Below are positions 44,784 to 51,129 of a stretch of DNA of 51,129 bases, piece by piece. Made by a program: the position numbers and the translations under genes. Under the pieces are notes generated by a model. It was given only the letters and a program-made list of their open reading frames with translations. It was not told where the DNA came from and made no database searches. Source of the DNA: an uncultured Clostridia bacterium (GTDB lineage Bacteria; Bacillota; Clostridia; Oscillospirales; Oscillospiraceae); the NCBI GenBank assembly GCA_945836055.1, contig CAMAKJ010000001.1:1-51129 (forward strand), in the 5' to 3' direction. Each line of letters begins with the position of its first letter. Within the stretch, counting starts at the first letter, position 1.

Positions 44784-46448
44784 ATGGATACCTCCAAATA
44801 CGCCGTCGGGTACTATCCGGCGCCGGGAGCACACTGCAAATGGGTACAGAAGGATCACATCGAAAAAGCGCCCCAGTGGTGCAGCGTGGATCTGCGGGAC
44901 GGCAATCAGAGCCTGGTGATTCCCATGAGCCTGGAAGAAAAGCTGGAATTCTACCACCTGCTGCTGCGCGTCGGCTTCAAGGAAATCGAGGTGGGCTTCC
45001 CCGCCGCCTCGGAGACGGAGTACGAATTCCTGCGCACCCTCATCGAGAACCACATGATTCCGAAAGATGTCACCGTCCAGGTGCTGACCCAGTGCCGGGA
45101 GCACATCATCCGCAAGACCTTCGAGGCTTGCAAGGGCGCGCCCAGCGCCATCATCCACTTCTACAATTCCGTCTCCTATGCCCAGCGGGAGCAGGTGTTC
45201 CGCAAAAGCAAAGAGGAAATCAAGCAGATCGCCGTGGAGGGCGCGAAGCTGGTCAAGCGTCTGGCATCGGAATATGAGGGCAATTTCCGTTTTGAGTACT
45301 CCCCCGAGAGCTTCACCGGCACCGAGCCGGAATACGCTTTGGAGGTCTGCAACGCCGTTCTGGATGTGCTCCAGCCCAGCGAAACCAACAACGTCATCAT
45401 CAACCTGCCGGTAACGGTGGAGATGAGTATGCCCCATATTTACGCGAGTCAGGTGGAGTACATCAGTGAAAACCTCAAATACCGAGAGCACGTCACGTTG
45501 TCCCTGCACCCCCACAACGACCGGGGCACCGGCGTCGCGGATACGGAGCTGGCGCTGCTGGCGGGAGCCGACCGGGTGGAGGGCACCCTATTCGGCAACG
45601 GAGAGCGCACCGGCAACGTGGATATCATCACCCTGGCCATGAACCTGTACTCCCACGGCGTTGACCCGGAGCTGGACTTTTCCGACATGCCCGCCATCTG
45701 CAAGACCTATGAGCAGTGCACGCGGATGCATGTCTACGAGCGGACGCCCTACGCCGGAGCCCTGGTATTCGCCGCCTTCTCCGGCTCCCATCAGGATGCC
45801 ATAGCCAAGGGCATGGCCTGGCGGAAGGAGAAGAACCTTCACCGCTGGACGGTGCCCTACCTGCCGGTGGACCCCCGGGACATCAACCGCACCTACGACG
45901 CCGACGTCATCCGGGTCAACTCCCAGAGCGGCAAGGGCGGCATCGGGTATCTGCTGGAGCAGAACTACGGCTACATCCTGCCGCCCAAGATGCGGGAACA
46001 CCTGAGCTACCAGTGCAAGAACGTCTCCGACCACGACCACCGGGAGCTGAAAAGCGAGGATGTGCTGGCAATCTTCATGGATGCCTACCTGAATGTGCAC
46101 AGCCCCATCGCCATCTCCCACATGGCCTTTACCCAAAAGCCCGGCAGTGTGGACGCTGAGGTTACCTTCCTCCGCCACGGCAGAGAGACCACCCTCCGTG
46201 CCAGCGGAAACGGCTCCCTGGACGCGGTGAGCAACGCCCTGAAGGCCTATACCGGCGACAACTACACCCTGAAGGTCTACACCGAGCACAGCGTCCAGGA
46301 GCGCAACTCCGGCTCCACCGCCGCGGCCTACATCGGCCTGGAGGACGCCGCCGGGAACATGAGCTGGGGCGCGGGCACGGACACGGACATCATCAAGGCC
46401 AGCATCTACGCCCTGGTGGGTGCTTACAACAACATGATCAGAAAGTAG
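44784..46448 (+). CDS. leuA: 2-isopropylmalate synthase (yeast/actinobacterial subtype)
   Basis: PQWCSVDLRDGNQ, FEYSPESF, HPHNDRG, GNGERTGN, AFSGSHQDAI, NSQSGKGG. Confidence 0.96.
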   Translation: MDTSKYAVGYYPAPGAHCKWVQKDHIEKAPQWCSVDLRDGNQSLVIPMSLEEKLEFYHLLLRVGFKEIEVGFPAASETEYEFLRTLIENHMIPKDVTVQVLTQCREHIIRKTFEACKGAPSAIIHFYNSVSYAQREQVFRKSKEEIKQIAVEGAKLVKRLASEYEGNFRFEYSPESFTGTEPEYALEVCNAVLDVLQPSETNNVIINLPVTVEMSMPHIYASQVEYISENLKYREHVTLSLHPHNDRGTGVADTELALLAGADRVEGTLFGNGERTGNVDIITLAMNLYSHGVDPELDFSDMPAICKTYEQCTRMHVYERTPYAGALVFAAFSGSHQDAIAKGMAWRKEKNLHRWTVPYLPVDPRDINRTYDADVIRVNSQSGKGGIGYLLEQNYGYILPPKMREHLSYQCKNVSDHDHRELKSEDVLAIFMDAYLNVHSPIAISHMAFTQKPGSVDAEVTFLRHGRETTLRASGNGSLDAVSNALKAYTGDNYTLKVYTEHSVQERNSGSTAAAYIGLEDAAGNMSWGAGTDTDIIKASIYALVGAYNNMIRK

Positions 46449-46460
46449 GGGGAAACGACA

Positions 46461-47720
46461 ATGGGAATGACAATGACACAGAAAATTCTCGCCGCCCACG
46501 CCGGGCTGGAATCCGTCACGGCGGGGCAGCTGATTCGCGCCAAGCTGGATCTGGTTCTGGGCAACGACATCACCACCCCCGTTGCCATCAACGAGTTTAC
46601 GAAAAACGGCTTTTCGGAGGTTTTCGACAAGGATAAAATCGCCATCGTCCTGGATCACTTTGTCCCCAACAAGGACATCAAGGCCGCCCAGCAGAGTAAG
46701 CAGTGCCGGGAATTTGCCTGCCGGCACTGCGTCAGTCACTTCTACGACGTAGGCAAAATGGGCATCGAGCACGCTCTTCTTCCCGAGCAGGGCGTGGTCA
46801 CCGCCGGGGACTGCGTCATCGGGGCAGACTCCCACACCTGTACCTACGGCGCTCTGGGCGCTTTCTCCACCGGCGTGGGCAGCACCGACATGGCTGCCGG
46901 TATGGCAACCGGCACCGCCTGGTTCAAGGTTCCCGCCGCCATCCGCTTTGAACTCACGGGCAAGCTGCCCCCGATCTGCAGCGGCAAGGACGTGATTCTC
47001 ACCATCATCGGCATGATCGGCGTAGACGGCGCACTGTACAAGAGCATGGAATTCACCGGAGACGGGGTCGCCTGTCTGAGCATGGACGACAGGCTGTGCA
47101 TCTGCAACATGGCCATCGAGGCTGGCGCCAAAAACGGCATTTTCCCCGTGGACGACGTGACCCGGCGGTACATGGAGGGCCGCTGTGAACGCCCGCCCCG
47201 GGAATTCACCGCCGATCCCGACGCGGCGTATGAAAAAACCATCGAAATTGACCTGAGCCAGATCGTCCCCACCGTAGCCTGCCCCCACCTGCCGGAGAAT
47301 ACCCACCCCGCCTCCGAGCTTGGCGGCATCAAAATCGACCAGGTGGTCATCGGCAGCTGCACCAACGGCCGGATGGAGGACATGGAAACGGCTTACCGCA
47401 TCCTGAAGGGGAAGAAGATTGCCGACGGCGTGCGCTGCATCATCATTCCCGCCACCATGCAGATTTACCGGGAGTGCGTCCAGCGGGGCTACGTCACCGC
47501 CTTTATCGACGCAGGCGCAGTGGTTTCCACCCCCACCTGCGGGCCGTGTCTGGGCGGCTACATGGGCATTCTCGCGGCGGGGGAGCGGTGCGTCGCCACC
47601 ACCAACCGCAATTTCGTGGGCCGGATGGGCCATGTGGACAGCGAGGTGTACCTTGCCAGCCCGGCCACCGCCGCCGCTTCCGCCCTCACCGGCTATATCA
47701 CCGCTCCTAAGGAGGACTGA
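46461..47720 (+). CDS. leuC: 3-isopropylmalate dehydratase large subunit
   Basis: GADSHTC, GSCTNGR, CGPCLG, TTNRNF-GRMG. Confidence 0.95.
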   Translation: MGMTMTQKILAAHAGLESVTAGQLIRAKLDLVLGNDITTPVAINEFTKNGFSEVFDKDKIAIVLDHFVPNKDIKAAQQSKQCREFACRHCVSHFYDVGKMGIEHALLPEQGVVTAGDCVIGADSHTCTYGALGAFSTGVGSTDMAAGMATGTAWFKVPAAIRFELTGKLPPICSGKDVILTIIGMIGVDGALYKSMEFTGDGVACLSMDDRLCICNMAIEAGAKNGIFPVDDVTRRYMEGRCERPPREFTADPDAAYEKTIEIDLSQIVPTVACPHLPENTHPASELGGIKIDQVVIGSCTNGRMEDMETAYRILKGKKIADGVRCIIIPATMQIYRECVQRGYVTAFIDAGAVVSTPTCGPCLGGYMGILAAGERCVATTNRNFVGRMGHVDSEVYLASPATAAASALTGYITAPKED

Positions 47721-47722
47721 AT

Positions 47723-48208
47723 ATGAACACACAGGGACACGTTTTCAAATACGGCGACAATGTGGATACCGATGTCATCATCCCCGCCCGGTACTTAAAT
47801 ACCGCCGACGCAAATGAGCTTGCCAAACACTGCATGGAGGATATTGATACCTCCTTCGTCGGCCGGGTCAAGCCCGGCGACATTATGGTGGCGGGCTGGA
47901 ATTTCGGCTGCGGCTCCTCCCGGGAGCACGCGCCCCTGGTCATCAAGACCTGCGGCACCGGCTGCGTCATTGCCAAGTCCTTTGCCCGGATCTTCTACCG
48001 CAACGCCATCAACATCGGCCTGCCCATTCTGGAGTGCCAGGCGGCAGCGGAGGAGATTCAGCCGGGGGACGCGGTCAGCGTCAACTTTGACACCGGCGTC
48101 ATCACGGACATTACCACGGGCAAAACCTACCAGGCGGAGCCTTTTCCCGACTTTATCCAGAATATCATCCAAGCGGGCGGGCTGCTGGCATCGCTGAAGG
48201 AGGGATGA
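47723..48208 (+). CDS. leuD: 3-isopropylmalate dehydratase small subunit
   Basis: [35 protein letters not shown]. Confidence 0.95.
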   Translation: MNTQGHVFKYGDNVDTDVIIPARYLNTADANELAKHCMEDIDTSFVGRVKPGDIMVAGWNFGCGSSREHAPLVIKTCGTGCVIAKSFARIFYRNAINIGLPILECQAAAEEIQPGDAVSVNFDTGVITDITTGKTYQAEPFPDFIQNIIQAGGLLASLKEG

Positions 48209-48211
48209 GCC

Positions 48212-49288
48212 ATGAAGCGGAACATCGCGGTAATTCGCGGCGACGGCATCGGCCCGGAAATCGTAAATCAGGCACTGCGGGTGCTGGACAGAGTCGCCCG
48301 GCTGTACGGTCATGAATTTACCTATACCGACGTGGACATGGGCGGCTGCGCCATTGACAAGTGGGGCGACCCTCTGCCGGAGGAGATGCTGCAAAGATGC
48401 GTATCTTCCGACAGCGTGCTTCTCGGCGCGGTGGGCGGCCCCAGGTGGAACGAGGTTCCCGGCCCCATGCGCCCGGAAAAGGGCCTTCTGCGGCTCCGGG
48501 CGGGCATGGGGGTCTACAGCAACAACCGCCCCGCAAAAATCTGGCCCCAGCTGGCCGCGGCTTCCCCTCTGAAGCCGGAAATCGTGGACAAGGGCATAGA
48601 CTTTCTCATTGTCCGGGAGTTAATCGGCGGCATTTATTTCGGAAACCATGACACCGTAACGGAAAACGGGGAAAAGGTCGCCATTGACACTCTTCGCTAT
48701 TCGGAAAGTGAGATCCGCCGCATCGGACGCATCGGCTTTGAAACCGCCCGGAAGCGCCGCAGGCAGCTTTGCAGCGTGGAAAAGAGCAACGTGCTGGACT
48801 CCTCCCGGCTGTGGAAGAAGATCATGCATGAGCTGGCGGAGGAATACCCGGACGTGACCCTTTCCGACATGCTGGTGGACAACTGCGCCATGCAGATTGT
48901 GAAGGACCCCAGCCAGTTTGACGTGATTGTAACGGAGAACATGTTCGGCGACATTCTCTCCGACGAAGCCTCCATGATTACCGGCTCCATCGGCATGATC
49001 CCTTCCTCGTCTCTGGGGCAGACTACCTGCGGCCTGTATGAGCCCATCCACGGCTCCGCCCCGGACATCGCGGGCAAAGACATCGCCAACCCCATCGGCA
49101 CCATTCTCTCCGCCGCCATGATGCTGCGCTATTCCTTTGACCTTCCCAAAGAGGCCGACGCCGTCGAAGCCGCCGTCTCCGCGACCCTGGACGCGGGCTG
49201 GCGCACAGCGGACATTTACGACGGAGAAAACGGCAAAAAAACCGGCTGCGCCGAAATGGGCGACCGGATTCTGGAGAATCTGGGATAA
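48212..49288 (+). CDS. leuB: 3-isopropylmalate dehydrogenase
   Basis: GDGIGPE, LLGAVGGP, VRELIGGIYFG, NMFGDILSD, EPIHGSAPDIAG. Confidence 0.97.
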   Translation: MKRNIAVIRGDGIGPEIVNQALRVLDRVARLYGHEFTYTDVDMGGCAIDKWGDPLPEEMLQRCVSSDSVLLGAVGGPRWNEVPGPMRPEKGLLRLRAGMGVYSNNRPAKIWPQLAAASPLKPEIVDKGIDFLIVRELIGGIYFGNHDTVTENGEKVAIDTLRYSESEIRRIGRIGFETARKRRRQLCSVEKSNVLDSSRLWKKIMHELAEEYPDVTLSDMLVDNCAMQIVKDPSQFDVIVTENMFGDILSDEASMITGSIGMIPSSSLGQTTCGLYEPIHGSAPDIAGKDIANPIGTILSAAMMLRYSFDLPKEADAVEAAVSATLDAGWRTADIYDGENGKKTGCAEMGDRILENLG

Positions 49289-49340
49289 ACCGCAGGCCTG
49301 CTTCCGGATAAAACGAATCGGAAAGGCGCCCTTCCGCCGG

Positions 49341-49859
49341 TCAAATTCCATTCCGCCTGTCCTTTGGCGGCTTGACGCAGACATAGGAAGAAATGCTTTC
49401 GGCATAGCACTCCCGAAAAAAGCCCAGCTTCTCAAACAGGGAGAGGCTGGGTTCGTTTTCCCTGTCGATCAGCGCCACAATGTCCATAGCAGGGTGCCGG
49501 GCCTGCACGGCGGCAATCACCGCGCTCAGGATTTCACAGGCGTACCCTCTGCGCTGGTACGCCGGGGCTATGGTGATGCCAAGGGTGACGCAGTTGTCCT
49601 TCTCCGTGTGGAAATAGGCCATATCCCCGACAAGACTGCCCTCCCGGGTGCAGACGGCATAGTGCTGCTCCGGTTTCCGGGACAGAAATGCGTCCTGCCG
49701 GTGCTGCTCAATGAGGGCTTGGATGGCATTCAGGGAGGTGTCCTCCCAGCGCTGGAATTCGTAGCAGCGCCTGTCGTTGCGGTAGGCAAACATGACCGGC
49801 GCGTCCTCCGGGCGCAGATTGCGCAGGAACAGCCGCTGTGTTGTCAGAATTGGGGGCAT
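49341..49859 (-). CDS. GNAT N-acetyltransferase, RimJ/RimL family
   Basis: LTTQRLFLR, LGITIAPAYQRRGYA, N-PS-SLFEKLGF; AAAGGAG SD. Confidence 0.88.
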   Translation of the reverse strand: MPPILTTQRLFLRNLRPEDAPVMFAYRNDRRCYEFQRWEDTSLNAIQALIEQHRQDAFLSRKPEQHYAVCTREGSLVGDMAYFHTEKDNCVTLGITIAPAYQRRGYACEILSAVIAAVQARHPAMDIVALIDRENEPSLSLFEKLGFFRECYAESISSYVCVKPPKDRRNGI

Positions 49860-49953
49860 ACACTCATCTCCTTTTTCCAAAGTATAGCACATTCCGGGTT
49901 TACCTGCAACCGAAAATCTGATAGAATACCCAACATCGAAAGGTGGTGCCGCT

Positions 49954-50460
49954 ATGATCATTCGCCCTCTGTCCGAAGCAGACCAGGATGCCATGCTGGA
50001 GCTGCTGACAAACGAAACCATCAAGCAAACCTATCTGCTGCCGGATTTTGAAAAACCGTCGGATGCCATTCCCTTGTTCCGTCGGTTGCTGGCCCTGTCC
50101 CGGGACGAAGGGCGCTTTGTCCGGGGAATCTGCGCCGAAGACCGGTTGGTGGGGTTTCTCAACGATGTGTCCATGGAAGGTGGGAGCGTCGAGCTGGGCT
50201 ATGTGGTTCACCCCGCTTGCCAGGGCCGGGGGTACGCCACGGCGGCGCTGAAGGCCGCCATTGCGGAATTGTTCCGGATGGGCTTCCGGGAAGTGGTTGC
50301 AGGAGCCTTTTCCGACAACGCCGCCAGCCTCCGGGTTATGCAGAAGGCAGGTATGACCCGCTCGGAAAAAACAGAGGAAATCGAATACCGTGGCGCGCGG
50401 CACCGCTGTGTCTGCTATTCCATTGCTTTCGAAAAGGAATCCACCGGAGGTATGGACTGA
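49954..50460 (+). CDS. GNAT N-acetyltransferase, RimJ/RimL family
   Basis: ELGYVVHPACQGRGYAT, NAASLRVMQKAGM. Confidence 0.9.
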   Translation: MIIRPLSEADQDAMLELLTNETIKQTYLLPDFEKPSDAIPLFRRLLALSRDEGRFVRGICAEDRLVGFLNDVSMEGGSVELGYVVHPACQGRGYATAALKAAIAELFRMGFREVVAGAFSDNAASLRVMQKAGMTRSEKTEEIEYRGARHRCVCYSIAFEKESTGGMD

Positions 50461-50550
50461 CGCCTCCGCTGGGCATAGAACAGGGCGCATCCCCCGCCTT
50501 TTGGAAGAAGGGATCGCCAATTTGCCGTGACAGGAAACGGTATTCCGGCA

Positions 50551-50579
50551 TTGACAATTCCATCGGAATGATTTATATT
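50551..50579 (+). promoter_or_regulatory. Sigma-A promoter of the phospho-sugar mutase
   Basis: TTGACA-17 nt-TATATT. Confidence 0.75.
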
Positions 50580-50634
50580 ATAGCTGGTTAATTTGTATAA
50601 AAAAGCAAATTTCATAAAGGAAAAGGTGATTACA

Positions 50635-51129
50635 ATGTACATGGATGACTACAAGCGCTGGCTGGGCGCCAGCCTGGAGGACCCCGCCCTGACGGAAGAG
50701 CTGAAGAAGATTGAAGGCCAGGAGGAGGAAATCAAGGATCGCTTCGCCGTGGCGCTGAAGTTCGGCACCGCCGGTCTCCGGGGCGTTCTGGGCGCGGGCA
50801 GCAACCGGATGAACATCTACGTTGTCCGTCAGGCTACCCAGGGTCTGGCAAACTGGGTCAAAACCCAGGGCGGCAATCAGCTGGTCGCCATCTCCTACGA
50901 CAGCCGCATCAACTCCGACGTTTTCGCCAAAAACGCCGCCTGCGTTCTGGCCGCCAACGGCATTAAGGTGCGCATTTATGACGCGCTGATGCCCGTTCCC
51001 GCTCTGAGCTTCGCCACCCGGTACTACCATGCCAACGCCGGTATCATGGTGACCGCCTCCCACAACCCCGCCCGGTACAACGGCTACAAGGCCTACGGCC
51101 CCGACGGCTGCCAGATGACCGACGATGCC
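50635..51129 (+). CDS. pgm: Phosphoglucomutase/phosphomannomutase (PgcA-like), 5' part; runs off the window end and is missing from the ORF track
   Basis: MYMDDYKRWL...LKFGTAGLRG...NRMN...YDSR...GIMVTASHNP (catalytic Ser)...YNGYK. Confidence 0.95.
   Translation, partial: MYMDDYKRWLGASLEDPALTEELKKIEGQEEEIKDRFAVALKFGTAGLRGVLGAGSNRMNIYVVRQATQGLANWVKTQGGNQLVAISYDSRINSDVFAKNAACVLAANGIKVRIYDALMPVPALSFATRYYHANAGIMVTASHNPARYNGYKAYGPDGCQMTDDA

Noticed and set aside
1-51129. CRISPR array, rRNA, intact transposase/integrase, prophage or defence system
   Set aside because: No regularly spaced repeats or matching protein motifs seen; only recombinase stumps and REP-like palindromes.

Overview
GC-rich, low-mobility chromosomal segment of a spore-forming clostridial firmicute (probably Oscillospiraceae-like; inferred from gene types, not verified). 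Mostly housekeeping: spo0A, pepF and an M18 peptidase, an orphan MsmX/MalK-type sugar ATPase, glgP, marR-degV, MATE, CDF, cstA (frameshifted near its 3' end), Na/Pi cotransporter, tRNA-Arg(CCG), T-box-led metG, a pyr operon (no carA or pyrR; PyrB fused to a PyrI-type zinc domain), a HisR/YerC-led his operon, ilvE, T-box-led leuACDB, two GNATs and a partial phosphoglucomutase. Three things stand out. (1) A ~2.75 kb decayed islet at the tRNA-Arg 3' end, bounded by two serine-recombinase remnants, carrying a Per-box-controlled operon of perR, a bile-acid 3alpha-HSDH-like SDR and a flavin reductase-rubredoxin, plus a thioredoxin relic. (2) A one-gene membrane glycosyltransferase-like cassette bracketed by a 76-bp duplication of the spo0A 3' end and its terminator. 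(3) A structured msmX leader in which ~110 nt containing a 29-codon uORF separate the only strong Shine-Dalgarno from the probable start codon. All family assignments are by eye and from memory of motifs; no searches were run.
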